38,788 nt of DNA from Methanocalculus sp. (GTDB lineage Archaea; Halobacteriota; Methanomicrobia; Methanomicrobiales; Methanocorpusculaceae), in assembly GCF_030651615.1 (NCBI RefSeq), contig NZ_JAUSCG010000107.1, forward strand, positions 1 through 38,788, read 5' to 3'. Positions within the stretch are counted from its first letter, which is position 1, and the number at the start of each line of letters is the position of its first letter. The notes beneath the pieces were generated by a model that saw only the letters and a program-made list of their open reading frames with translations, ran no database searches and had not been told where the DNA came from. Of the stretch, positions 9,514-18,844 are shown piece by piece. Position numbers and translations under genes: made by a program.

Positions 9514-10902
9514 ATGGAGGGGAACGTTACAATCCGGGGTAGGGAAATCCGGTATATCATCATCAGATCGAAGGAGAAAGGTATGAAGATTGCTCTTTTG
9601 CCGGATCGGACCGTTGAGATCAGAGCCCCGACCAGGATCACGGAATCTGAAGCCAGAAGGTTTCTGAACCACCATGCAGACTGGATATTCCAACATCAGA
9701 GACCGATCGCACCCGAGATCGATCTTCCTCTGGAAGTTGAAACACCTTTCAAGGGAGAACCATTTATCATCGATGATATGACGGTTCGGTATACCATCAA
9801 AATCGATCAGACAGAGAAATACCCTGCAGTTTGGGTGGGAGAAGGGCGGGAGGTCACGATCAGCACTCCAAAACCGATCACCCAGAAACGCGCCCATGCA
9901 TACCTGATGAAGCATATCGACAGGATACGTGAGGAGATTTTCTTAATGGAAGGCGGATGGCAGGGAGGAACCTTTCTTGTTGCCGAAACAGCCGTACCCT
10001 ACAGCGTGATCATCAACAAGCGGAGGAGATACCCCTGCCTGATCATCAAAGAATACTCGCAGATCAACCTTGAGACGCCCGCTCCCATGACCAGACCCGC
10101 ATGTGAGGCGTTCCTGAATGAGCATAAGGACTGGATCGCCACAGTCTTTCAGAAAAATGATACCAGTGGGACATTCAATAACGGAGTTATTGAGATCGAT
10201 GGTGAGGAGATACCCTATTATGTCATCACCAACCGACGGAAAAAACGGATCTCCACCAGTATCCGGGATGATCTGGCGATCGAGATTCGATCCCCAACAC
10301 CCCTCCCGGAAGTGACTGCCATCTCCATCATCCGGGATATCACAACCTGGATTGTGGATAGCCGAAAGCGAAAGAAAGATCAGATGCAGAAGAGACAGGC
10401 CCCACGATATCAGGACGGGGAGACGATCCCGTTTTATGGGAGGCTGCTTTCGATTCGGCATCTCGAATCAGATGGATCTATCTCAGCGGCAATTGCAGGT
10501 GATGAACTCCTGATATGGCTCCCACCCGGCCTGACACCGGATATTTTCATTGAGCGTGTCAGAACAGCTGTGGTGGACGCATACTTCTCTGCAATCCTCC
10601 CGATCGCAGGGGAGATTGCAGAACGTGCTGCAAAAAGGATCGGTGTTCCCACCCCGGATATCAGATTCGGATACCAGAAACGGAGGTTTGGGTCATGCAC
10701 ACCCTGCAATGGGATTATCCTCAACCTCAAACTCGCTATGGCCCCTCCCATGTTCCTTGAATATACGATCATTCACGAGGTCTGCCACCTGATCGAGAGG
10801 AACCACCAGAAACCGTTCTGGGATCTCGTCGAATCAGTCTTCCCGGATTATCTCATCCATCATAAAGAAATGCAGAGAGAAGGTATGAATTATGTCTTCT
10901 AG
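9514..10902 (+). CDS. YgjP/DUF45 (M48-like zincin) protein with four tandem N-terminal modules
   Basis: C-terminal QKRRFGSC, YTIIHEVCHL and NHQKPFW motifs, preceded by four ~60-aa repeats. Start uncertain (9460 or 9514). Confidence 0.85.
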   Translation: MEGNVTIRGREIRYIIIRSKEKGMKIALLPDRTVEIRAPTRITESEARRFLNHHADWIFQHQRPIAPEIDLPLEVETPFKGEPFIIDDMTVRYTIKIDQTEKYPAVWVGEGREVTISTPKPITQKRAHAYLMKHIDRIREEIFLMEGGWQGGTFLVAETAVPYSVIINKRRRYPCLIIKEYSQINLETPAPMTRPACEAFLNEHKDWIATVFQKNDTSGTFNNGVIEIDGEEIPYYVITNRRKKRISTSIRDDLAIEIRSPTPLPEVTAISIIRDITTWIVDSRKRKKDQMQKRQAPRYQDGETIPFYGRLLSIRHLESDGSISAAIAGDELLIWLPPGLTPDIFIERVRTAVVDAYFSAILPIAGEIAERAAKRIGVPTPDIRFGYQKRRFGSCTPCNGIILNLKLAMAPPMFLEYTIIHEVCHLIERNHQKPFWDLVESVFPDYLIHHKEMQREGMNYVF

Positions 10903-11588
10903 AAGAACCGGCGTTTCTGCTGGGCCTCAGTACTTTTCATTCCAGCGAGGGCTTCAAGGCTCCTTCTGATCGAGGGGAGGCGTCTTTCAACCAGATTCCA
11001 TATAAGCCTGAGGTCAGTACCATAACAGGGAGAGATCATATCCGGGAGAGCGGTGAGTGCATGCCAGGGAACTGCCGGGTATTTTTGCATATGTTCATCA
11101 GAAAGGCAGCGACTGAAGAGTCCGATCGATATGATAAGAGAGAGGACGGCTTGGCAGGTTTTCTCATCATTTATAAACTCTTCATATCTCATACCCCGGC
11201 AGAATCGTTCAATATCTGAGATTGAACAGATAATCTCTCTCTGGAAGATGAGTTGATCATCCTGAGTAACCTCTTCTGCCTGAAGGATGCATGGTTTTAA
11301 TTCATCCCGGAGCCCCATCAGCGATATGATGCGGAGCTTCTGACCGACCTTCCCCTCAATGAAACGTGAGAGACTAGCCATATCAAGAATATCGCGATCA
11401 CCTGAGAAGGCAACAATGGCACATACACCGGTTTCACCGGGAATAGGAGGCGTAAACAGACCGAGCTGTGTTACCCCAAAGAGTGAAGCCATCTCGGACT
11501 TCAAGTCTTTCAGAATGGAGACGATCTCCTTTCTCGACCTCAAGCCACCCCTGCTCCCACTGCTCATACATGTATGCTCGGATATCAA
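10899..11588 (-). CDS. Fused minimal nucleotidyltransferase (MNT) + HEPN/DUF86 protein with degenerate catalytic motifs
   Basis: N-half EIVSILKDLKSEMASLFGVTQLGLF...LRDELKPCIL is MNT-like. C-half IERFCRGMRYEEFINDEKT...YPAVPW...YGTDLRLIW...LP is DUF86-like. The start could be 11567. Confidence 0.8.
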   Translation of the reverse strand: MISEHTCMSSGSRGGLRSRKEIVSILKDLKSEMASLFGVTQLGLFTPPIPGETGVCAIVAFSGDRDILDMASLSRFIEGKVGQKLRIISLMGLRDELKPCILQAEEVTQDDQLIFQREIICSISDIERFCRGMRYEEFINDEKTCQAVLSLIISIGLFSRCLSDEHMQKYPAVPWHALTALPDMISPCYGTDLRLIWNLVERRLPSIRRSLEALAGMKSTEAQQKRRFF

Positions 11589-11600
11589 TGATATTAAGCC

Positions 11601-11816
11601 TCACCTATTCTTTCCCATTTTTCTTCTGAAGCGCCACTCCATAATTTGGCCCAGAGTACATCCCATCTTTTTTTTCTCCGATTGTCGCCGCTTATCTCTT
11701 GCATGGGATAACGAAATTAACATACGAAGAGAAATCAGGATGAAGAAGAGAAGAAGAGCTATGCTGACAACGATAAGGAGATTGACAAATATTTCCGATA
11801 TGTATGTAAGATTCAT
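11601..11816 (-). CDS. Small hypothetical membrane protein
   Basis: One long hydrophobic helix followed by a Lys/Arg-rich tail. Fills an AT-rich gap, same strand as its neighbours. Confidence 0.45.
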   Translation of the reverse strand: MNLTYISEIFVNLLIVVSIALLLFFILISLRMLISLSHARDKRRQSEKKKMGCTLGQIMEWRFRRKMGKNR

Positions 11817-11895
11817 AAAACCGATGATATGCAGTAGCTCTATGTTTTGATCGTTGTTTCTTTACATTAACCTTAGTAAATTTATTGACGAACCG

Positions 11896-12555
11896 CTATT
11901 GAAGAGGCTTCAGAGTGCCCTGACGGGCTTCATGCAGTCGATGAGCGTTCTGATCATGGATACTGGCAAGATACTGCTCATACGTTAGTTCAGGGGAGGG
12001 AGAGCGAGTTGTCTTGCAGATCGCAAGAGCCTCATCACACAGGCCGGATCTTCTGAGAAGGTCAGCCAGGATCGTCTCTTCCATCTGGTCCCCTTCTGCA
12101 AACCTGACATTCGATCTCTTCGCCTCGGAGAATGAATGAAATGCCTGTTGGCGGCATATGGATGCAGATAGAGGGTCTCCTGCATCATCGCAGACCCATG
12201 CTGCGTGGAGATTTGCCCATCCAGCTTTTACATTATAATTCTGCCTCTTAAGGATCAACGACCAGCAGAGAAACCGTCTCGCCAGCAGGGGAAAGGAAGG
12301 GTCATTGAGTTGAGCGCGATACCCACGGCTCCTCACAATAGCATCAACCCCCTCAGAAACATGCCCGATATCAGTTGAGCAGTATCCGCATGACGGACAA
12401 TGCTGAATCCAGGAGTAGATGGTTGAACGGAGTGATTCGGGTGGTCGGAGATCAAGATCGGGAGAACCCCGTGCATCGGACTCAAGAAGGAAGAACTGCC
12501 TGCTTGAAATACCGCATAAGGCACATTCCCGGTCGATCTCGATCGTCTGGCTCAT
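11896..12555 (-). CDS. DUF2225-like Zn-ribbon/TPR protein
   Basis: CxxC...DLDLRP...CPSCGY followed by a helical region with LHAAWVCDD and ADLLRRSG. Confidence 0.75.
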   Translation of the reverse strand: MSQTIEIDRECALCGISSRQFFLLESDARGSPDLDLRPPESLRSTIYSWIQHCPSCGYCSTDIGHVSEGVDAIVRSRGYRAQLNDPSFPLLARRFLCWSLILKRQNYNVKAGWANLHAAWVCDDAGDPLSASICRQQAFHSFSEAKRSNVRFAEGDQMEETILADLLRRSGLCDEALAICKTTRSPSPELTYEQYLASIHDQNAHRLHEARQGTLKPLQ

Positions 12556-12597
12556 TTCGGTAAAATATAACGGAACTAATATAAAAATATATCAGCA

Positions 12598-13677
12598 TCA
12601 CCGCATCGGCAGAAGACCAATACGTTCTGCATATCGGTTGAGCAGGATCGATAAAAGCACTGCCAGGGCAACAATACCAGAGAGTATCATCCAGTGGAGC
12701 GGGCCGATCGTTCCTACCGCAAGGCGTACAAGGAGATTGAGGGGATTGTAGGGAACAGCCATTGCAAGAATGATAACCACGACGACTGCTGTTGAGAAGA
12801 TGAACTGGGCACTCGTCCTTTCACGATAATGGAGAGCACAGAAAGCACCGATTAAGATCAGGATCATCGATCCGAAGATGACATGGAGAAGGATCTCAAC
12901 CGGGTGCTGTACAACGATTCCGTTTGCGGCCAGGAGTGCAAGCCATGCAGCAGACTGAACGGGCACAATTAAGATACAGGCAAGGATCTTCCCCCATAGC
13001 ATCTCAGAATAGGTGACAGTCGTGGAGAGGAGCGTCTCAAGGGTGCCGGACTGATACTCTTCGGTTATGAGATCGATGATCAGCGCCGCAGAGATGATTG
13101 CAGGCATAAAGACGAGGAGCGGAATGAGAAGGCCGAAGACGAACTCGAAGTAGTTCGAACCCCCTCTGGTGTCTGGGAAGTTCAGTTTGATCGGATTCAT
13201 CATCAGGCGCTCAGATCGAACGGATCGGAGTTCCTCTTCAAATGTTAAGAGCACCTCTTTCATCTTCACCTCAACAATAGAGGACTGGATATCATTCTGA
13301 AGGGTGTAGAGGGTCACCACAATCGGCCCTTCGTCATCAGGAAGGGTGGGAGGAACCCAGATGACTGCTGAAATCTGCCGCTCTTTCAGTGAAGCAATCG
13401 CCGAATCGAGATCCATCCTGTATGCAGCAAGGTCGCGCCTGTCATCGATTATCGAGTAAAGGCCACCCTCTTTTTCACCGACATACCCGATCCCATATTC
13501 AACCCCCTGATATCCGGAGATCGCATTCGGATCGTACATCGCCGTGAGACCAACCATCAGAAACGAGGAGAAGAGGGCGATGAAGAGCTGGAGGAGGATC
13601 GCAAAGACGATCGTCTTCTCTGCATACAGTCCCGATAGCTCTTTTTTTGCTACAATTGCAATATTCCGGCTCTTCAT
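12598..13677 (-). CDS. ABC-2 type exporter permease (NatB-like)
   Basis: IAIVAKKEL start, N-terminal TM helix, extracellular domain, ITEEYQSGTLETLLST motif and several C-terminal TM helices. Confidence 0.9.
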   Translation of the reverse strand: MKSRNIAIVAKKELSGLYAEKTIVFAILLQLFIALFSSFLMVGLTAMYDPNAISGYQGVEYGIGYVGEKEGGLYSIIDDRRDLAAYRMDLDSAIASLKERQISAVIWVPPTLPDDEGPIVVTLYTLQNDIQSSIVEVKMKEVLLTFEEELRSVRSERLMMNPIKLNFPDTRGGSNYFEFVFGLLIPLLVFMPAIISAALIIDLITEEYQSGTLETLLSTTVTYSEMLWGKILACILIVPVQSAAWLALLAANGIVVQHPVEILLHVIFGSMILILIGAFCALHYRERTSAQFIFSTAVVVVIILAMAVPYNPLNLLVRLAVGTIGPLHWMILSGIVALAVLLSILLNRYAERIGLLPMR

Positions 13678-15485
13678 AATGAAATCACCCCGATTACGAT
13701 GAGATTATAGAGTACGTGGATGATGGCAGCAAGGATGATACCAGGAACATACAGGCGCAGACCTCCGGTTTTTAATGCAACGGCTACAACAAGCAGACAA
13801 CCGGCATGGAGGAGGAAAGGCATCCAGAGGACCTGAAGGGAGAGGAAGAGGATACTCCCAAAGACCGATTCGGTCACCTGCGCGATGGTGGCAAAGAGAA
13901 GGAGCTTTTCTCCTATGAGAAAACCTAGCGCAGTAGCGGCTGATCCGAATATGACAAGCCGCCATGTCAGTCCACCAGGAAGGATCTTTGCGAGGGCATA
14001 GATTCCAATAGACTTTGCCACCTCCTCGGTTACAGCTGCATACCCGATCAGAAGGAGGAGGGAGAGTGGCATCGGGAGGTTGAAGAAGAGGACGAGACCG
14101 AGGAGCTGGACCATGAAGACGAAGGGTATGACGAGTGCTCCCAGGGTAAAGACCGAGATGAGCGGGTACCTCTTCGATATTCCGGCTGAGATGAATTCGA
14201 TCGTCCGCGGGAGGAGGCGATGAAGAGAGAAGAGACGCTCTTCATTGAAGTTCACCGATCCGGCATAGAGAAGGATGGCACTTGTCAGGAAGAAGAGGCT
14301 CGTGGAATAGATGTAATCGGTGAGTGCAAATGAATCTCCCTGAATCTCAAGAACGATCAGGGTAAGGGGGGAGATGAGGGATACGACATGGACGTTGGCA
14401 AAGATGCTTGGGAAGAAGAGATACGAGGTTGCAACTGTTGAGAAGAATATGGAGAGGAATGAGAGCTCCTTGAAACTGCGGGCAAGCATACCGATGACAA
14501 GAGCGGCAGAGAGGAAGAAGAGGATTACCGGGATGAGCGGGAGAATAATGATGAGGGGTAGATCGCTTATCAGGATGATAAGAAGAGAGATCAGAAGCAT
14601 CATGGCAAGATAGGGAAGCGCCTTTCCGATGATGATCGCAGACGGATGATAGGGAACCGAGAGGAGGATCTCACCCCTCCGTTCGATCCGTTCGTTCATT
14701 ATACTCATCATGTAGAACTGTGATGTGAAGTATAAGGGGAAGATGAAGACGAAGATCAGTATGATCGAGTCAAACGGGAGTGGCGGTGCAAGCTGATCCG
14801 GGGTCCGAAACGATCCGAGTTCGGACTCCTGCCCGATGACCTGCGTATACCTTCCGACTGAGTCGTCCTGCACTGCTGACCGGGAGATCTCTGCCCTGAG
14901 CACCCGCGGGTCATAAGGGACAGCACCATCAGGGGTTGCAACCGGGACGATCGGGCCCTGTGGTGCGGGCGCCTGCCCCTGTGGGATTGGAGAGACCCGC
15001 TGACCGCTCTGCGTCGCAGTAAAATCAAGTTCACTCTTCTCATAACGGCGATCGATCCAGAGCGGATAAGCAGCATACAGGTCGGGCTCTTCTGCATTGA
15101 TGAGGGCGGTATACCTTTCAAATACGCGTTCAAGTGATGTCAGCGCGGCCCGCCCTTTCTCATCATCCATCACATAGACCTCGGAGTTGAGGATGATGAC
15201 GTCATAAAATTCGCGGTTATTCCAGAGCGACTGACCTGAATCGAGGTAGACAGTGAATCTGGTATCTTCTGCGATCACCTGGCCGGCCGGGACATTGTCT
15301 GTTCCAAGCCGGTAGATCCCATCCTGAAGATGAACACCACTCTCTGCTGCCAGACCCGATGCCGCAACAAGGAAGACGAAGAGCACTATCGCTGCAGGCA
15401 GAACTCCACGACCCATTGTAGAGAGGGTACGCAGGAGCTCCCACCGGGCTATCACTGAGATCTGCCTGAGTGTGCTCATTCCCAT
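13674..15485 (-). CDS. ABC-2 permease fused to a C-terminal PrsW-family intramembrane metalloprotease
   Basis: IARWEL and IMNERIERRGEILLSVP..IIIGK (permease); EEVAK, FLIGE, LLH and HVLYN (PrsW motifs). Confidence 0.85.
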   Translation of the reverse strand: MGMSTLRQISVIARWELLRTLSTMGRGVLPAAIVLFVFLVAASGLAAESGVHLQDGIYRLGTDNVPAGQVIAEDTRFTVYLDSGQSLWNNREFYDVIILNSEVYVMDDEKGRAALTSLERVFERYTALINAEEPDLYAAYPLWIDRRYEKSELDFTATQSGQRVSPIPQGQAPAPQGPIVPVATPDGAVPYDPRVLRAEISRSAVQDDSVGRYTQVIGQESELGSFRTPDQLAPPLPFDSIILIFVFIFPLYFTSQFYMMSIMNERIERRGEILLSVPYHPSAIIIGKALPYLAMMLLISLLIILISDLPLIIILPLIPVILFFLSAALVIGMLARSFKELSFLSIFFSTVATSYLFFPSIFANVHVVSLISPLTLIVLEIQGDSFALTDYIYSTSLFFLTSAILLYAGSVNFNEERLFSLHRLLPRTIEFISAGISKRYPLISVFTLGALVIPFVFMVQLLGLVLFFNLPMPLSLLLLIGYAAVTEEVAKSIGIYALAKILPGGLTWRLVIFGSAATALGFLIGEKLLLFATIAQVTESVFGSILFLSLQVLWMPFLLHAGCLLVVAVALKTGGLRLYVPGIILAAIIHVLYNLIVIGVISL

Positions 15486-15614
15486 GCAACCGTAGATAAG
15501 ATTTTCCTTCTATAAAAGACTCTTGACGCTGCCATGGTGGTAAATTGGAGTTGTCTTTCCTTTATCAACCTGCCAGAGAACCTTTATCTCATCTCGGGGC
15601 GATTTCGTTTTAAT

Positions 15615-16496
15615 ATGATCCATGCCCGGAACATCAGGAAAGAGTTTGATGGGTTCATCGCACTGAAGGGAGTCGATTTTGAGATCGAAGATACCGGGAT
15701 ATTCGGGATCATCGGCCATAATGGGGCAGGAAAGACGACGCTTCTGAAGATGATGGCCGGTCTTCTCACCCCGACATCAGGGACACTCATCATTGACGGG
15801 ATCGATGTTGTACAGGACCCGAATGCGTTGAAAGAGAGGCTTGGGTATCTCCCTGAGGAGTCCCGTCTGTACGATACGATGACAATCTCTTCCTACCTGA
15901 CCTTCTTTGGAGATATCTATGGAATGTCACGGATGGATACCAGGAGGCGATCAGAGGAGCTCCTCAATTCACTGAACCTCACGAATGAAGGGAAGAAGAT
16001 CGGGGAGCTCTCAAAAGGGATGCGCAGGAAGGTTGCAATTGCCCGGTCACTCCTCCACGACCCAAAGATTCTGGTCTATGATGAGGCAACCTCAGGTCTT
16101 GATCCGATGACGTCACGGTTCATCACCGGATACCTCAAGGATCTCAGACGCGAAGGCAAGACGATCATCCTCTCGGCACACAACCTCTTTCAGGTGGAGG
16201 AGATCTCAGATCTGGTGATGATCCTTTCAGGCGGTGAGAAGGTCGCCTTCGGCACCATGGACGAACTGAGGGAGCGGTTCGGATCACTGACATACTACAT
16301 TCATTTCCAGATTCGTGAGCAGGAAGCGCTCAGGGTAATGGTTGAGTACTCAGCAGATAATGGGGCATATCTGGCAAAGGCAAAAAATATCGATGAGCTT
16401 AACCGGATTACGGCACACATTGCAGCCTCCGGCGGTGATATCGAACGAATTGAATCGCGGTATCCAACACTTGAAGAGATGCTGATGGCGGTATGA
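15615..16496 (+). CDS. ABC transporter ATP-binding protein
   Basis: Walker A GHNGAGKTT, signature LSKGM, Walker B LVYDE, H-loop SAH. Likely start at MIHARNIRK (15615). Confidence 0.95.
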   Translation: MIHARNIRKEFDGFIALKGVDFEIEDTGIFGIIGHNGAGKTTLLKMMAGLLTPTSGTLIIDGIDVVQDPNALKERLGYLPEESRLYDTMTISSYLTFFGDIYGMSRMDTRRRSEELLNSLNLTNEGKKIGELSKGMRRKVAIARSLLHDPKILVYDEATSGLDPMTSRFITGYLKDLRREGKTIILSAHNLFQVEEISDLVMILSGGEKVAFGTMDELRERFGSLTYYIHFQIREQEALRVMVEYSADNGAYLAKAKNIDELNRITAHIAASGGDIERIESRYPTLEEMLMAV

Positions 16497-16589
16497 AGAT
16501 GATTAAACTTAGGTTATATCTGGAAATTGCGCTCAGAACGCATAAAATCGATAGTACAATAACAATTCAAGTTCAGCAAAAGAAGAAAG

Positions 16590-16663
16590 CGGGCCTGAAG
16601 GGATTTGAACCCCTGACCTACGGATTAAGAGTCCGTCGCTATGCCTGACTAAGCCACAGGCCC
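16590..16663 (-). tRNA. tRNA-Lys (anticodon CTT), intronless
   Basis: Minus strand GGGCCTGTGGCTTAGTCAGGCATAGCGACGGACTCTTAATCCGTAGGTCAGGGGTTCAAATCCCTTCAGGCCCG. Acceptor stem GGGCCTG/CAGGCCC, anticodon loop CTCTTAA, T-loop TTCAAAT. CCA is not encoded. Confidence 0.96.
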
Positions 16664-16695
16664 ACGCTTTTGACCTAATTAAGTTGATGCCAGGA

Positions 16696-16708
16696 CTATA
16701 TATTTGTT
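16696..16708 (-). promoter_or_regulatory. TATA box for tRNA-Lys
   Basis: AAATATATAG on the minus strand about 33 nt upstream of the mature 5' end. A T-rich tract follows the tRNA. Confidence 0.55.
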
Positions 16709-16761
16709 AGCATTTCTTCCCCGGAACATCATTATTATCCTGAAGAGACTATATTGTATGC

Positions 16762-18234
16762 ATGGCTGATGGAGGCAAAGCTGACCCAAAACCCAAGGTT
16801 CGATATATGGTATTTGGGTGCGGGAGCATCGGCTACAATGTCATCGAAGAACTACTCAAAGAGACAGATAACATCGTCGTTGTCGACTCAGATGAGAAGC
16901 GGGTCGAAGATCTGAAAGATCATAAATATCAGGCAATTGCACACGACATATCTGATCCGAATCTCTTTTCAGACCTCCCCATTCCTGAGATCGTCTTTAT
17001 ATTATCGAGTAACAAAGAGGCAAACCTGAGTGCTGTTGCACTGACCAAAAAGGTTCACCCACATGCGTTCTGTATTGCGCGTGCAGTTGACCTCTTCTCG
17101 GTCGATAAGCTGGTGGAGGCCGGAGCAGATGTCGTCCTCTACCCTCAGCAGGTTGTCGCAAAATCTGCCGTCCATCATATGAAGACCCTGATCGCCGCAC
17201 GCAGTGCGCAGCGGCTCTATGATCTTATGGAAAGCTGGACCGGCACACTCGGCATAATCACGCATAAAAACCCTGACCCGGATGCAATCTCAAGCGCCAT
17301 GGCACTCTGTGCGATTGGCCAGAATGCAACGAAAGGACAGCTTACCTGCCGTATTATGTACGAGGGGAATGTCGGTCATCAGGAGAACCGGGCCTTTGTC
17401 AACCTCCTCGATATCCAGATGGAGAGGTTAACCAGTGAGAAACTTGCAGAATGCAGCCATCTCGCCCTCGTTGACGCAGTGGCTCCGGGAATCAACAATG
17501 ACCTCGATCCGTCACTGAAGATCAACATCATCATCGACCATCACAGCACAGAAGGAGTGGAACGGCAGAATAAACCTGATTTTATCGATATTCGCCCGGA
17601 TAGCGGTGCGACAGCGAGCATATTCGCCCAGTACCTCCAGGAGCTCGACATTAATGTCGACTCAAAGATCGCAACAGCCCTCTACTATGGAATACGCGCA
17701 GACACCCGCGAGTTCCGGAGAAATGTAACACCAAACGACCTCTATAATGCTGCGTACCTCCTTCCCCTTTCAGATTCGGATCTTCTCGATAAGATCATGT
17801 CTCCGTCCTTTTCACAGGAGACGCTTGAGGTGATGGGAAACGCCATTCAGAGCCGCAAGATTAAGAACGGATATCTCTTCTCCAATGTCGGTTTCATCAG
17901 GAACCGTGATGCGATCCCTCAGGCAGCAGATATGCTGCTGAACCTCGAAGGTGTAACAACCTCGCTCGTATACGGCATCACCGATTCATTGATCATCATC
18001 TCCGCCAGGAACAAAGATATCAGAGTGCATATCGGAAACGTCCTTAAAGAGGCATTTGGCGAGTTTGGAGATGCAGGAGGTCATGGAACAATGGCCGCGG
18101 CATCGATACCATTAAACTACTTCTCACTTGTCCGTGACAAAGAAGAGCTCCTCGGGATGATCATCGATCCGATCCTGAACCGGTTCACCAAGATTGTTGG
18201 TATTGAGGACAATGGAGATAAGAATGAGGTTTGA
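16762..18234 (+). CDS. TrkA-N (RCK) domain + DHH/DHHA1 phosphoesterase
   Basis: GCGSIG Rossmann motif; HKNPDPDA, IDHH, DT and AGGH motifs. Confidence 0.92.
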   Translation: MADGGKADPKPKVRYMVFGCGSIGYNVIEELLKETDNIVVVDSDEKRVEDLKDHKYQAIAHDISDPNLFSDLPIPEIVFILSSNKEANLSAVALTKKVHPHAFCIARAVDLFSVDKLVEAGADVVLYPQQVVAKSAVHHMKTLIAARSAQRLYDLMESWTGTLGIITHKNPDPDAISSAMALCAIGQNATKGQLTCRIMYEGNVGHQENRAFVNLLDIQMERLTSEKLAECSHLALVDAVAPGINNDLDPSLKINIIIDHHSTEGVERQNKPDFIDIRPDSGATASIFAQYLQELDINVDSKIATALYYGIRADTREFRRNVTPNDLYNAAYLLPLSDSDLLDKIMSPSFSQETLEVMGNAIQSRKIKNGYLFSNVGFIRNRDAIPQAADMLLNLEGVTTSLVYGITDSLIIISARNKDIRVHIGNVLKEAFGEFGDAGGHGTMAAASIPLNYFSLVRDKEELLGMIIDPILNRFTKIVGIEDNGDKNEV

Positions 18235-18844
18235 AGAATGGGAACCTCATTACCGGGAAATTCTTGATTACTTCGGCTTTGACCGCTCTGCTGACGAAGA
18301 GGCGGCGAAGGTTCTTTCAGAGATTCTTAAAAGTGACGATATCGGTTTACTCAAAGACCGCATCTGCGGTAAAGTCGTGACCGTTGCCGGAAATGCACCC
18401 ACACTTTCATCCGAACTGAACCGGATCGAAGGTGTCGTCATCGCAGCAGATGCGGCATCCCTCCTTCTGTATAAAAAGGGGATACTACCGGATGCCATAT
18501 TCACCGATCTCGACGGTGCAGAGGATTCATTCATCACGATGAATGAACAGGGCACCATCATCGTCGTCCATGCACATGGCGACAACATACCGCTCCTCAG
18601 ACGATGGGTGCCGAAATTCAGAGGGCCGATCATTGGAACAACACAGAGTTTGCCCCTTCCGCAGATCCATAACTTCGGCGGATTCACTGACGGTGACCGT
18701 GCAGTCTTTACCGCAGAGGCTCTTCAGGCAGAGCGGGTGATCCTGATCGGCTTTGATCTCTCCGATCCATCTGTTGATCCGATGAAGAAAGGAAAACTTT
18801 TCTGGGCACGCAAGCTGCTCGGTATGCTCGGTTATGACCTTTGA
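18224..18844 (+). CDS. mptE: 6-hydroxymethyl-7,8-dihydropterin pyrophosphokinase (DUF115)
   Basis: MRFEEWEPHY start; AADAA, TDLDG, HAHGDN, NFGGFTDGDRA and KxxKLxWA motifs. Confidence 0.9.
   Translation: MRFEEWEPHYREILDYFGFDRSADEEAAKVLSEILKSDDIGLLKDRICGKVVTVAGNAPTLSSELNRIEGVVIAADAASLLLYKKGILPDAIFTDLDGAEDSFITMNEQGTIIVVHAHGDNIPLLRRWVPKFRGPIIGTTQSLPLPQIHNFGGFTDGDRAVFTAEALQAERVILIGFDLSDPSVDPMKKGKLFWARKLLGMLGYDL

Noticed and set aside
16497-16761. tRNA-Lys as an integration site for an island
   Set aside because: I saw no integrase and no duplicated tRNA 3' end, and the flanking genes look chromosomal.
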